This document shows, piece by piece, positions 53,581 through 63,922 of a stretch of DNA of 64,000 nucleotides. The first letter of the stretch is position 1; each line of letters starts with the position of its first letter. Origin of the DNA: Bordetella parapertussis. Its GTDB lineage: Bacteria > Pseudomonadota > Gammaproteobacteria > Burkholderiales > Burkholderiaceae_D. The stretch is from NCBI GenBank assembly GCA_945883145.1, contig CAMCXB010000002.1:41825-105824 (forward strand). The letters run 5' to 3'. The position numbers and the translations under genes are program-made. Below the pieces are notes generated by a model, which saw nothing but the letters and a program-made list of their open reading frames with translations, searched no databases and had not been told where the DNA came from.

Positions 53581-54072
53581 ATGAATGGCAAGACTATGGA
53601 CTTGTTTAAGTTTTGCTTAGACGCTGATCAGGCATCAGGCTCCTATGCCATTCAAGATTTAAACAGACTCAGTGCTGAACTGGTCGCTAGTGATGGCGAC
53701 TTGGCTTGGAATTTTTCTGGCGGACGTCATCAGATAGGTGCACCTGAATTAAAGTTACATATTCAAGCGCAGGTTAAATTAATTTGTCAGCGTTGTTTGA
53801 CGCCTTATGTGGAAACTTTAGATTCTGTTTCTACTTTGGTGCTCGCTAAAACCGAAGAGCAGGCTGATGAATTGGAAGAGCGCTTAAATGATGACAGCAT
53901 TGATGTCATTGTTGTCTCGCCTGAACAGGAGTATTCGGTTTTAATAGAAGATGAGGCCTTGCTTGCCTTGCCTGTGTCGCCGCGTCACGCTACGTGTCCC
54001 GATGGTTTTAAGGCAGAAATCATCAATGAAAAGCCAGTGTCACCGTTTGCAGCGTTGAAAAAATTAAAATAA
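53581..54072 (+). CDS. yceD: YceD/DUF177 family protein (large ribosomal RNA subunit accumulation protein)
   Basis: Acidic 163-aa ORF with CQRC and C-terminal CP Cys motifs, immediately upstream of rpmF. ATG 53596 is an alternative start. Confidence 0.8.
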   Translation: MNGKTMDLFKFCLDADQASGSYAIQDLNRLSAELVASDGDLAWNFSGGRHQIGAPELKLHIQAQVKLICQRCLTPYVETLDSVSTLVLAKTEEQADELEERLNDDSIDVIVVSPEQEYSVLIEDEALLALPVSPRHATCPDGFKAEIINEKPVSPFAALKKLK

Positions 54073-54229
54073 AAGAAACTTTTTTGCTCGAGTCAGTCGG
54101 TTATCGGTTTGCTGAGATTCATTAAAATTGGCTAAAAATCTTAACTATTCGAGCAATTCCCCTATCAACAGCGCAGTTTTAGGCGCTGACTATGTTAAAA
54201 TTTTGGATTAATCGTATTAGGAGTGCATC

Positions 54230-54412
54230 ATGGCAGTTCAACAGAATAAAAAATCACCATCTAAACGTGGCATGCATCGTTCGCATGATTTTTTGACTGC
54301 ACCAGCAACAGCAGTTGAACCAACCACTGGTGAGACACATCTGCGTCACCATATCAGCCCAAACGGCTTTTATCGTGGTCGTAAAGTGATCAAGACCAAG
54401 AACGACGAATAA
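54230..54412 (+). CDS. rpmF: 50S ribosomal protein L32
   Basis: [20 protein letters not shown]... is the canonical L32 N-terminus. Confidence 0.97.
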   Translation: MAVQQNKKSPSKRGMHRSHDFLTAPATAVEPTTGETHLRHHISPNGFYRGRKVIKTKNDE

Positions 54413-54568
54413 TTTCATTATTCAAAAAAACAATCCGGCGTGAAGAGTCTTCGACTGCTTGCGCCGTTTTTGTATGCAGACACTGCCTTCCTCTGTCGTT
54501 ACTCAGTACATTCCCACTATTGCTGATCTAGTCATTCCTATGACTACTTTCAGTCTGTGCTGATCATC

Positions 54569-55633
54569 ATGACGAAAAAAATATCAATTGATTGTATGGG
54601 TGGTGATCACGGACCTCGTGTCACTGTGCCTGCTGCACTTGCTTTCTTAAAGCGTGAGCCTGAGGCTGAACTCATACTCGTTGGTCGCGAAGATGCGATA
54701 CGTGCTGAGTTACAACGTCGTGGCGCTTTGCATCATGCGCGATTGAGCATAGTGCATGCTTCTGAAGTGGTGGAGATGGATGATCCACTCGAAGTCGCAC
54801 TGCGTCGTAAAAAAGATTCTTCCATGCGTGTGGCAATTGATCTGGTTAAACAAGGTCAAGCACAAGCCTGTGTCTCAGCGGGTAATACTGCTGCATTAAT
54901 GGCGGTGTCGCGTTATCTACTTAAAACTTTACCTGGTGTGGATAGACCTGCGATTTGTACTATCCTTCCCAATCAAAAAGATGGTCCGACTTATATGTTG
55001 GATTTAGGTGCGAATGTCGATTGCGAACCTATGCACTTACATCAATTTGCTTTGATGGGATCAGCTTTAGTGTCAGCAGTTGAAGGTAAACCTAAACCTA
55101 CCATTGGTTTATTAAATGTCGGTGCAGAAGATATCAAAGGTAATGAGCTTGTTAAACACACTGCAGAACTATTGCGTGCTGATCATGCAAAAGGTTTGCT
55201 TAATTTTTACGGCAACGTAGAAGGTAATGATATTTTCGAAGGCACCACAGATATTGTTGTGTGTGATGGCTTTGTAGGTAATGTCACCTTGAAATCTGTA
55301 GAAGGTCTGGGGCGATTAATTAAAGGTGTGATCAAATCCGAACTCAGTAAGGGTTGGATTGATATGTTAGGCGCATTGATTGCTTATCGTGCGTTGAAAC
55401 GAGTTTCACAAAGACTCAATCCATCCCGTTACAATGGCGCTAGTTTATTAGGTTTGCGTGGTTTAGTTTTTAAAAGTCATGGTGGTGAAGAAGCTTATGG
55501 CTTTGAATGGGCGATAAGACGTGCTTTTGATGCTGTCCATCATGATGTGTTAACTCGAATAGAAAAATCGATTGCAGAACTCATGCCCCATGCTGAGCTT
55601 GCTGCATCTACAGACTCAAAAAAAACTCTATGA
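54569..55633 (+). CDS. plsX: phosphate acyltransferase PlsX
   Basis: ATG 54569 gives [16 protein letters not shown]. The internal motif VCDGFVGNV is present, and GTG 54557 is an alternative start. Confidence 0.93.
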   Translation: MTKKISIDCMGGDHGPRVTVPAALAFLKREPEAELILVGREDAIRAELQRRGALHHARLSIVHASEVVEMDDPLEVALRRKKDSSMRVAIDLVKQGQAQACVSAGNTAALMAVSRYLLKTLPGVDRPAICTILPNQKDGPTYMLDLGANVDCEPMHLHQFALMGSALVSAVEGKPKPTIGLLNVGAEDIKGNELVKHTAELLRADHAKGLLNFYGNVEGNDIFEGTTDIVVCDGFVGNVTLKSVEGLGRLIKGVIKSELSKGWIDMLGALIAYRALKRVSQRLNPSRYNGASLLGLRGLVFKSHGGEEAYGFEWAIRRAFDAVHHDVLTRIEKSIAELMPHAELAASTDSKKTL

Positions 55634-56616
55634 GTATTTACTCAAAAATTATTGGAACAGGTAGCTGTTTACCGCCTAATCGTGTCACTAACGATGATCT
55701 CACACGAATCTTGGGTGAGAAGGGATTGGAAACATCGGATGAATGGATAGTTTCGCGTAGTGGTATCTCTGCGCGTCACTACGTTGCGCCTGGTGTAGTG
55801 GCAAGTGATCTCGCAACGGAAGCAGCAACGCATGCACTGGCCATGGCAGGTTTGCAAGCGAGTGATATGGATCTCATTATTTTGGCGACATCGACACCAG
55901 ATTTTATCGGTGGTTTTCCGAGTACTGCTTGTGTAGTGCAACGTAAATTAGGTATCACCAATGAATGTGCTGCACTTGATGTGCAAGCAGTTTGTAGTGG
56001 ATTTATTTACGCGCTTTCTGTTGCGGATAATTTCATCAAATCTGGTATGCATAAAAAAGTGCTGGTGATTGGTGCTGAAGTTTTCTCACGCATTTTAGAT
56101 TTCAATGATCGTACAACTTGTGTTTTATTTGGTGATGGTGCGGGTGCATTAGTACTGACTGCATCCGATCAACCAGGTATTCATGCCACTAAACTTCATG
56201 CTGATGGCAGACACGCAGATATTCTTTGTGTAAAAGGTTCTGTGACTGCAGGCGCATTACAAGGCAGTGGTTTTCTGCATATGGATGGACAAGCAGTATT
56301 TAAACTCGCTGTCTCAGTGTTAGAAAAAGTGGCACATGAAGTTTTAGCAGCATCACATATGGAAGCTTCACAAGTCGATTGGTTGATTCCACATCAAGCG
56401 AATATTCGTATCATGCAAGGCACTGCGAAAAAGCTAGCTTTGCCTTTGGAAAAAATGGTGGTCACAGTGGATCAGCATGGTAATACCTCCGCTGCATCGA
56501 TTCCTCTTGCACTTGATGTCGCTATGCGTGATGGTCGCATCAAGACCGGTCAAAACATACTCATGGAAGCTGTTGGTGGTGGCTTCACATGGGGCGCGGC
56601 ACTCGCCACAATCTAA
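55630..56616 (+). CDS. fabH: 3-oxoacyl-ACP synthase III
   Basis: Active-site Cys region [23 protein letters not shown] and GNTSAASIP motifs. It overlaps plsX by 4 nt. Confidence 0.96.
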   Translation: MSIYSKIIGTGSCLPPNRVTNDDLTRILGEKGLETSDEWIVSRSGISARHYVAPGVVASDLATEAATHALAMAGLQASDMDLIILATSTPDFIGGFPSTACVVQRKLGITNECAALDVQAVCSGFIYALSVADNFIKSGMHKKVLVIGAEVFSRILDFNDRTTCVLFGDGAGALVLTASDQPGIHATKLHADGRHADILCVKGSVTAGALQGSGFLHMDGQAVFKLAVSVLEKVAHEVLAASHMEASQVDWLIPHQANIRIMQGTAKKLALPLEKMVVTVDQHGNTSAASIPLALDVAMRDGRIKTGQNILMEAVGGGFTWGAALATI

Positions 56617-56632
56617 TTAATTAAAAAATAGT

Positions 56633-57565
56633 ATGACTTCATTTGCATTTGTATTTCCAGGACAAGGTTCACAAGCAATCGGTATGTTGAATGGCTTTGC
56701 TGACAATCAGCATGTGTCGCAAACGATTGCTGAAGCTTCCGATTTATTAAAGATAGATCTTGCGCAGTTAATTGCTGAAGGTCCAAAAGAAGCTTTAGAT
56801 CTCACTACCAATACTCAACCTGTGATGTTGACTTGCGCGGTCGCGTTTTATCGTGCATGGCTAGCAGCAGGCGGCAAATTGCCACAGTTAGTCGCAGGAC
56901 ATAGCTTAGGTGAATACTCTGCCTTAGTAGCAGCCGGTGTGATTGCATTTAAAGATGCAGTGCCCATGGTACGTTTTCGTGCGCAAGCGATGCAAGAAGC
57001 AGTGCCTGTTGGGCAAGGTGGCATGGCTGCGATTTTAGGTTTGTCAGATGATGATGTACGTGCAGTGTGTGCAGAGGCAGCGCAACAACAAATTGTAGAA
57101 GCAGTGAATTTCAATGCGCCTGCACAAGTGGTGATTGCAGGTCATAAAGAAGCGGTAGAACGTGCTTGTGAAGCAGCGAAAGCCAAAGGTGCAAAACGTG
57201 CCTTAACGCTACCTGTATCGGCACCATTCCATTCTTCATTATTAAAACCGGCTTCGGATCGTTTACGAACTTATTTAGCAGACATACATTTTGCAGCGCC
57301 TTCTATTCCATTGATCAACAATGTGGATGTGCGCATAGAAAATGAAGCGCAAGCAATTAAAGATGCCTTAGTACGTCAAGCAGCAAGTCCAGTACGTTGG
57401 GTAGAAACTGTACAAAAAATGTCAGAGATGGGCATTACACGACTTATAGAATGTGGTCCTGGAAAAGTACTTTCAGGATTAACCAAACGAATTCATAGCG
57501 ATTTGCAGTCCGATGCTATTAATGATCAGGCATCTCTGGATGCAATGTTGGAGGCATTGAAATGA
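56633..57565 (+). CDS. fabD: malonyl CoA-ACP transacylase
   Basis: FVFPGQGSQ and GHSLGEYSALV motifs. Confidence 0.96.
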   Translation: MTSFAFVFPGQGSQAIGMLNGFADNQHVSQTIAEASDLLKIDLAQLIAEGPKEALDLTTNTQPVMLTCAVAFYRAWLAAGGKLPQLVAGHSLGEYSALVAAGVIAFKDAVPMVRFRAQAMQEAVPVGQGGMAAILGLSDDDVRAVCAEAAQQQIVEAVNFNAPAQVVIAGHKEAVERACEAAKAKGAKRALTLPVSAPFHSSLLKPASDRLRTYLADIHFAAPSIPLINNVDVRIENEAQAIKDALVRQAASPVRWVETVQKMSEMGITRLIECGPGKVLSGLTKRIHSDLQSDAINDQASLDAMLEALK

Positions 57566-58329
57566 CACAAAGGCAAACCACGCTAGAGAAGCAAGTTGCG
57601 TTGGTAACGGGTGCTTCACGCGGCATTGGTAAAGCGATTGCGCAAGAATTAGCGCGTCGTGGAGCAACTGTAATCGGTACCGCAACTTCAGAAGCAGGTG
57701 CGCAAGCGATTTCAGATTATTTAAAGGCGGTGCGTCCTGAAGCGGGCCGCGGCAAAGTATTGAATGTGAATGAAGCAGGACAATCAAGCAGTTTGGTTGA
57801 TGAGATTACGAAAGAATTTGGTTCGCTTTCTATCTTAGTCAATAACGCAGGTATCACGCAGGATCAACTTGCGATGCGTATGAAAGATGAAGAGTGGGAT
57901 GCTGTTATCACTACTAATCTTACTGCAGTGGCGCAGCTTTCTAGAGCAGTATTGCGCGGCATGATGAAAGCCAAACACGGTCGTATTATCAACATCACTT
58001 CGGTGGTGGGCTCAGCAGGTAATCCTGGGCAAATGAATTATGCAGCAGCGAAAGCCGGTGTAGCGGGTATGAGTCGTGCGCTCGCCCGTGAGATCGGTAG
58101 TCGCAACATCACAGTGAATTGTGTTGCACCAGGATTTATTGATACCGATATGACAAGAGCACTGACTGAGCAACAAGTTGCTGCATTATTGCAGCAGATA
58201 CCTGCAGGACGCTTTGGTTTACCAGAAGATATCGCAGCAGCAGTGGCATTTCTTGCCTCCGATGAGGCCAGTTACATCACTGGCACGACCTTGCATGTGA
58301 ATGGCGGTATGTATATGAGTGGTGGTTAA
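57562..58329 (+). CDS. fabG: 3-oxoacyl-ACP reductase
   Basis: SDR motifs VTGASRGIGKAIA, NNAG and YAAAKAG. It overlaps fabD by 4 nt. Confidence 0.96.
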   Translation: MTQRQTTLEKQVALVTGASRGIGKAIAQELARRGATVIGTATSEAGAQAISDYLKAVRPEAGRGKVLNVNEAGQSSSLVDEITKEFGSLSILVNNAGITQDQLAMRMKDEEWDAVITTNLTAVAQLSRAVLRGMMKAKHGRIINITSVVGSAGNPGQMNYAAAKAGVAGMSRALAREIGSRNITVNCVAPGFIDTDMTRALTEQQVAALLQQIPAGRFGLPEDIAAAVAFLASDEASYITGTTLHVNGGMYMSGG

Positions 58330-58465
58330 TGTAGTCGTATGAAGTTTAGTGAAGTAAAGTAGTGATTGAAATTGTTGTTAAAAGCAAAAGTCGAATGTAT
58401 AGTTTCGCGTCGCAAACCTGATAAAATGCGCGCACTTTGGGTAACCCATAATCTGGAGGTAAGAG

Positions 58466-58705
58466 ATGTCTGATATTGAATCACGCGTTAAGAAGATTGT
58501 TGCTGAACAGCTTGGTGTTGCAGAAGCTGATATCAAAACCGAATCATCCTTTGTTGATGACCTCGGCGCTGATTCGCTCGACACAGTTGAATTAGTAATG
58601 GCATTAGAAGATGAGTTCGAAATGGAAATCCCTGACGAACAAGCTGAAAAAATTACGACTGTGCAGCAAGCGATTGATTACGCAAAAGCACACGTAAAGT
58701 CTTAA
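58466..58705 (+). CDS. acpP: acyl carrier protein
   Basis: 79 aa with the phosphopantetheine attachment site [12 protein letters not shown]. Confidence 0.98.
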   Translation: MSDIESRVKKIVAEQLGVAEADIKTESSFVDDLGADSLDTVELVMALEDEFEMEIPDEQAEKITTVQQAIDYAKAHVKS

Positions 58706-58736
58706 TCTCTTCGCCTAAGATCGCTAGGAGCATCGT

Positions 58737-59984
58737 TTGAGTCGTCCAAATCGTCGTCGTGTCGTTATTACTGGCCTAGGTTGTGTAGCGCCAGTAGGAA
58801 ATACAGTATCCACTGCGTGGGATGCACTGATTGCTGGTCAATCAGGTATTGCGACTATTACCAAGTTTGACGCTAGTCCCTTCTCTACGCATTTCGCCGG
58901 AGAAGTGAAAGGCTTTAATGTCGAGGATTACATGCCCGGCAAAGAAGCTCGCCATATGGATACTTTTATTCATTATGGTATGGCAGCAGGTATACAAGCG
59001 ATGCAAGACAGTGGATTGGAAGTGACTGAAGCGAATGCTGAACGCATTGGTGTCATCGTTGGTTCAGGCATAGGCGGTTTGCCTATGATTGAAGAAACGC
59101 ATGCGGAACTGACGAATCGCGGTCCACGCAGAATCAGTCCGTTTTTTGTACCCGCTTCTATCATCAACATGATCTCAGGTCATTTGTCTATTAAGTATGG
59201 ACTTAAAGGCCCGAATCTTGCGATCGTCACAGCGTGTACTACAGGACTACATTCCATAGGTGCTGCAGGGCGTTTGATTGAATACGGCGATGCCGACATC
59301 ATGATAGCTGGCGGTGCAGAATCGACTATCTCTCCTTTGGGATTAGGTGGCTTTGCTTCAGCTCGTGCTTTGTCTTCCCGCAATGATGATCCTGCTACTG
59401 CATCACGTCCTTGGGATAAAGACCGTGATGGTTTTGTACTCGGTGAAGGCGCAGGTGTGATGGTGCTTGAAGAGTATGAACATGCGAAAGCACGTGGTGC
59501 AAAAATTTATGCCGAGCTATTAGGTTTTGGTATGAGTGCAGATGCACATCACATGACTGCACCACTAGAAGATGGTGATGGTGCTCGTCGTTGTATGGTC
59601 TCTGCCATGAATAATGCTGGTATTAATGCGGATCAAGTAGATTACGTAAATGCACATGGCACATCCACACCTTTAGGCGATGTAGCTGAAACCGTTGCGA
59701 TTAAACGCGCACTCGGTGATCACGCTAAAAACATCGTAGTTAATTCCACTAAATCGATGACGGGTCATTTATTAGGTGGTGCAGGTGGTTTGGAAGCTGT
59801 GTTTACTGCACTCGCAGTGCATAAACAATTATCACCACCAACGATTAATATTTTTAATCAAGATCCTGCTTGCGATCTAGATTACTGCGCTAACGCAGCG
59901 CGTGAAATGAAAATCAATGTTGCAGTAAAAAATTCTTTTGGTTTCGGTGGCACCAATGGAACACTGATTTTCGGCAAACTCTGA
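58737..59984 (+). CDS. fabF: 3-oxoacyl-ACP synthase II
   Basis: TTG start with an AGGAG RBS. Active-site Cys region IVTACTTG and His motifs NAHGTSTP and KSMTGHLLG are present. Confidence 0.95.
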   Translation: MSRPNRRRVVITGLGCVAPVGNTVSTAWDALIAGQSGIATITKFDASPFSTHFAGEVKGFNVEDYMPGKEARHMDTFIHYGMAAGIQAMQDSGLEVTEANAERIGVIVGSGIGGLPMIEETHAELTNRGPRRISPFFVPASIINMISGHLSIKYGLKGPNLAIVTACTTGLHSIGAAGRLIEYGDADIMIAGGAESTISPLGLGGFASARALSSRNDDPATASRPWDKDRDGFVLGEGAGVMVLEEYEHAKARGAKIYAELLGFGMSADAHHMTAPLEDGDGARRCMVSAMNNAGINADQVDYVNAHGTSTPLGDVAETVAIKRALGDHAKNIVVNSTKSMTGHLLGGAGGLEAVFTALAVHKQLSPPTINIFNQDPACDLDYCANAAREMKINVAVKNSFGFGGTNGTLIFGKL

Positions 59985-60104
59985 TTCTCTGTTAGCGTCG
60001 AACTGCAACTGTTATCAGTGCGACGCTTATTGCTTCCGATAATGCCTTCGATAGCACCTCTGATCGTACCTCTGATGTTTCTTCACTAATCTTCTCTACC
60101 AAAG

Positions 60105-60614
60105 ATGAGCATTGCAGTCTCCGCTGTGATCCGACCCTCTCGTCTTTATCTTTTTCTTTGTCTCTTGTTTTCGCTTGATCTTTTCATCACTGCGGCCTTG
60201 CTATGCCAACGTTTAGTTGAGTTATTCAACTTAGTTCAGTGTCTTGCAGTCCTTATAGTTTGCGTTATCCCAGTGTTCGCGCTTCTTATCCCTGTTTTCA
60301 GGTCTAGAAATATCGTCAGGATTGATATTTCAGGAAATGGACAAATTCGCTTGTTTCAAACTAAGCGAACAACTCCTCCATATCATTTTCAAAATCATTC
60401 TGAAATTGATCTACATGCAGGAGAGATTGTGCGTTTACTTGGAGACTCTACGCTTTGGCCTCATATCATGTCACTACGTTTGCAATCGGAGAAAGGAAAA
60501 ATTTTTACCGTTTTAGTTTTTCCCGATTCTGTAGAGCAGAAAAACTATCGATCTTTGATCGTTGCATTGCGTTGTGTAAAAAACCACGACGCTCAACAAC
60601 TTTCTCTTCCATAA
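60105..60614 (+). CDS. small inner-membrane protein, YgfX/CptA-like (DUF1434-type) architecture
   Basis: 169-aa ORF with the layout: PSR motif, two TM helices, basic stretch (FRSRN), then a soluble part ...GQIRL...LWPHIMSLRLQSEKGKIFTVLVFPDSVEQKNYRSLIVALR. By eye this parallels E. coli YgfX (...GEIRL...MMLRLRSDGGKRQHLWLAADSMDEAEWRDLRRIL). The family assignment is not verified by a search. Confidence 0.5.
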   Translation: MSIAVSAVIRPSRLYLFLCLLFSLDLFITAALLCQRLVELFNLVQCLAVLIVCVIPVFALLIPVFRSRNIVRIDISGNGQIRLFQTKRTTPPYHFQNHSEIDLHAGEIVRLLGDSTLWPHIMSLRLQSEKGKIFTVLVFPDSVEQKNYRSLIVALRCVKNHDAQQLSLP

Positions 60615-60796
60615 AATTTCTCTTATACCGACTGAACTTGTTTTATATCAGTTGGTCTAACGCCAAGGTTTCGCAGAAATCATCCTCGATTCCACTGCTG
60701 TCATTGCTAGCTTGCCATGCTAGGTATTAAAAATCAGAAGCAAAGCTTGATCCCCTCACCACATGATAGGACGCCAAGCGGGTATCACGATTCTGT

Positions 60797-61429
60797 TTGT
60801 CAGTGCATGGTAAGAAGGTGCAAGATTTGACGACAGAACGAAACATAGATCAATTACTAGTTGATCGGGCTCAGCATGGCGATAAGAAAGCGTTCGAGCT
60901 TTTGGTGGTGAAATATCAACGTAAGCTGATGCGTTTGATTTCTCGATTAATTCGAGATCAAGCAGAAGCGGAAGACGTTGTACAAGAAGCATTCATCAAA
61001 GCTTATCGCGCCTTACCGCAATTTCGAGGTGATTCAGCGTTTTATACGTGGCTTTATCGTATTGGTATTAACACCGCAAAGAATTATTTAGTCACACAAG
61101 GACGACGTGCACCGACATCTACTGAAGCAGATGTGGAAGAAGCGGAAACTTTTGATGATGGAGACCAACTAAGAGATATCAATACACCTGAATCCATGCT
61201 CGCGACGAAGCAAATTGCTGAAACAGTGAATCTAGCAATGGAAGTTTTGCCAGATGAATTACGTATGGCGATTACTTTGCGTGAGATTGAAGGCTTGAGT
61301 TATGAAGATATTGCAGAAGCGATGCATTGTCCTATTGGTACTGTGCGCAGCAGAATATTTCGAGCACGCGAAGCGATCGCAGAAAAACTCAGACCATTAC
61401 TTGATACTGCAGGTGATAAGAGATGGTAA
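60797..61429 (+). CDS. rpoE: ECF sigma factor RpoE/AlgU (sigma-24)
   Basis: LVDRAQHGDKKAFELLVVKYQRKL (region 2), FYTWLYRIGINTAKNYL, and the region 4 HTH LSYEDIAEAMHCPIGTVRSRIFRAR. The longest ORF starts at TTG 60797. GTG 60818 or TTG 60827 (AAGAAGG RBS) are plausible true starts. Confidence 0.93.
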   Translation: MSVHGKKVQDLTTERNIDQLLVDRAQHGDKKAFELLVVKYQRKLMRLISRLIRDQAEAEDVVQEAFIKAYRALPQFRGDSAFYTWLYRIGINTAKNYLVTQGRRAPTSTEADVEEAETFDDGDQLRDINTPESMLATKQIAETVNLAMEVLPDELRMAITLREIEGLSYEDIAEAMHCPIGTVRSRIFRAREAIAEKLRPLLDTAGDKRW

Positions 61430-61570
61430 GACTACAAGACTGACAATGATATGCCCTAGAAGTCAAAAAAACAATGTTAAATGCGAATGATAGTGTGATG
61501 ATGGCTGTGGTTAAAAAATTATTTACGATAACAATGACAGCGCAAACATCGGTAAGCCGCAAAAGGGGAA

Positions 61571-61873
61571 ATGATGGAAGGAGATAAGCAGGCACGCCAA
61601 TGGATTTCTGCGCTCATGGATAGTGAGTTAGCACATCTGACTGCTGCGCAAATCGATGCCTTGTATCATTCAGAAGATCAAAAAAATACATGGTCTATTT
61701 ATCATCAGATTGGCGACTTACTTCGCTTTGAACATCAAGCTCTTAGCCATGATTTTCAAGTTAAGCTTTCAACTCAACTAGACCTACAGTCAGAGCACAC
61801 ATTACCAAAACAAAAATACGCAGAACTTACAAGCCTAGTTTCAAAAAAATCGTCATCCTTGTTGCGATGTTAG
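61571..61873 (+). CDS. rseA: anti-sigma-E factor, RseA/MucA-like N-terminal (cytoplasmic) domain; frame ends shortly after an A7 tract
   Basis: WISALMDSEL...QKNTWSIYHQIGDLLR parallels the E. coli RseA N-terminus (LSALMDGE...QKTWESYHLIRDSMR). The ORF stops at 61871-61873 without a TM segment. Confidence 0.7.
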   Translation: MMEGDKQARQWISALMDSELAHLTAAQIDALYHSEDQKNTWSIYHQIGDLLRFEHQALSHDFQVKLSTQLDLQSEHTLPKQKYAELTSLVSKKSSSLLRC

Positions 61874-62067
61874 TCATGATCGTGGTTGTTCCATCCACTG
61901 TATTGATCGTGAAATCATCATTGTCACTGTTTGATAAAAAAGCGCGTGAGGATGTGCATAACAATGTACCTAGCAACGTACCCAACCACGCGCCCAACTA
62001 CGCACCCAACAACACGCCCGCTACCAAAGTAGATTACCAACACATACCGGTTCATCTTGCGCAATAA
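61843..62067 (+). pseudogene. downstream frame carrying the missing TM helix and short periplasmic tail of the RseA-like protein (frameshifted continuation)
   Basis: In the frame reached by slipping back 1 nt at the A7 tract, the sequence from 61843 reads KKIVILVAMLVMIVVVPSTVLIVKSS...HLAQ*. An eighth A in the run 61843-61849 would fuse this frame to the upstream RseA domain. Confidence 0.5.
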
Positions 62068-62337
62068 AGAAGATGAGAAGGACTAGTGCGACGCGCTCAG
62101 ACTAGAGAATTGATGTGATTCGAGGTTGTAGCCAGATTAGCTAGAATTTCCATTTTGCTAGCGGCTTAGCCGCATAAAAAGCCATGATAGGGTGTCGTAA
62201 GAGAGCATACGGGTGCATTCAGCATGGTCGGCAAGCGCATGAAAGAATTTTGGCTTACCATTGTTGTTGAAATCTTTTTTGTAGCCAATCTGCCAAGTCG
62301 CTGATTTTATAGGCTTGAACTTAACCTAAACCATCCC

Positions 62338-63834
62338 ATGCATATGTTTGATCACATTAAAAAAATTCTATCTCTATCCGCATTGGCTGTTTCTGGCCTG
62401 ATGTTTGTGCCACTTGCTGCTACTGTGACAACAACAGCGCATGCGGTTACATTGCCTGACTTTACAGACTTAGTCGATAAGGTTGGTCCAGCAGTGGTGA
62501 ATATTCGCACCACAGAAAAAAACAAAGGCGCAACAGCTCAGGGTGGACCACAAGGTGGCGCACCAGATATGAATGATGAAGAAATGCAGGAATTCTTCCG
62601 TCGCTTTTTTGGTCAGCCAGCGCCGCGTTCACCGCAACAGCCACAAGCACCCAAAGGTCGTAAGGGACCTCAGCAAGAAGAACAACAAGTACCACGTGGT
62701 GTGGGTTCAGGTTTCATTATCTCGCCAGATGGTTATGTATTAACCAATGCGCATGTCGTCGAAGGTGCAGATGAAGTCTTAGTCACCATGAGTGACAAGC
62801 GTGAATTCAAAGCCAAGATCATAGGATCAGATCGTCGCACTGATGTAGCAGTGGTGAAGATTGACAGCAAAAATCTGCCTACGATCACTTTAGGTGGTAG
62901 TAGCAAAGTACGTGTTGGTGAATGGGTGATTGCGATTGGCTCACCATTTGGATTAGAGAACACCGTCACTGCAGGTATTGTTTCAGCGATTGCACGTGAC
63001 ACAGGTGATTATTTACCTTTGATTCAAACAGACGTTGCAGTTAATCCTGGTAACTCTGGTGGTCCACTGATTAACATGCGTGGGGAAGTCATTGGTATTA
63101 ATTCTCAGATTTATAGTCGCTCTGGTGGTTATATGGGCATTTCATTTGCTGTGCCTATTGCTGAAGCGATACGTGTATCTGAACAATTGAAAACTATCGG
63201 TCGTGTCGTACGCGGTCGCATTGGTGTGCAAATTGGTGAAGTCACAAAAGAAGTCGCTGAGTCCTTGGGCTTGCCACGTGCAGCAGGTGCTTTGGTTGCC
63301 AGAGTGGAGCCAGGTAGCCCAGCTGAGGCCGCGGGTGTGGAAGCGGGCGACATCATTACCCATTTCAATTCGGTAGGCATAGAAAAATCAGGTGATTTAC
63401 CACGCTTAGTTGGTAACACTAAGCCTGGTTCTCAATCTGTGATTAGTGTTTGGCGTAAGGGTGCGAAAAAAGACTTGAACGTTATTGTTGCTGAGTTAGA
63501 AGCAGAGGCTAAGGTTGTAAAGAAAGAAGAGAAAAAACCTAAGCAAGAACAAACCTTAAATGCATTAGGTTTAATCGTGACCGATCTTAGCGATGCACAG
63601 AAACGTGAATTGAAGTTAGATGGCGGTGTGTTGATTGAATTAGCAGATGGTCCTGCTAGCCGTGCTGGTTTGCAGCCTGGTGATGTGGTGGTCAGACTCA
63701 ACAACACTGATATCAAAGATGCGAAGCAGTTCAATGGACTGGTTGCTAAACTCGATACTAACAAGAATGCTTTATTGTTAGTGCGACGTGGTGATTCATC
63801 GCAGTTCATTCCTTTGCGTCCAACTAAACCTTAA
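62338..63834 (+). CDS. degP: periplasmic serine endoprotease DegP/MucD (HtrA family)
   Basis: Signal peptide (...VTTTAHA), trypsin-like catalytic residues (TNAHVV, GNSGGPL) and two PDZ domains, 498 aa. It lies downstream of rpoE-rseA. Confidence 0.93.
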   Translation: MHMFDHIKKILSLSALAVSGLMFVPLAATVTTTAHAVTLPDFTDLVDKVGPAVVNIRTTEKNKGATAQGGPQGGAPDMNDEEMQEFFRRFFGQPAPRSPQQPQAPKGRKGPQQEEQQVPRGVGSGFIISPDGYVLTNAHVVEGADEVLVTMSDKREFKAKIIGSDRRTDVAVVKIDSKNLPTITLGGSSKVRVGEWVIAIGSPFGLENTVTAGIVSAIARDTGDYLPLIQTDVAVNPGNSGGPLINMRGEVIGINSQIYSRSGGYMGISFAVPIAEAIRVSEQLKTIGRVVRGRIGVQIGEVTKEVAESLGLPRAAGALVARVEPGSPAEAAGVEAGDIITHFNSVGIEKSGDLPRLVGNTKPGSQSVISVWRKGAKKDLNVIVAELEAEAKVVKKEEKKPKQEQTLNALGLIVTDLSDAQKRELKLDGGVLIELADGPASRAGLQPGDVVVRLNNTDIKDAKQFNGLVAKLDTNKNALLLVRRGDSSQFIPLRPTKP

Positions 63835-63861
63835 TTCGTGATTGTGAAATAAAGAAGTGAG

Positions 63862-63895
63862 ATCAGGGCTGCTATGTGCAGCCCTGATTGTTTTA
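63862..63895 (+). terminator. rho-independent terminator after degP
   Basis: ATCAGGGCTGC-TATGT-GCAGCCCTGAT followed by TGTTTT. Confidence 0.65.
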
Positions 63896-63922
63896 GATAG
63901 ACTGTTTTTTTGAGAGCATAGT

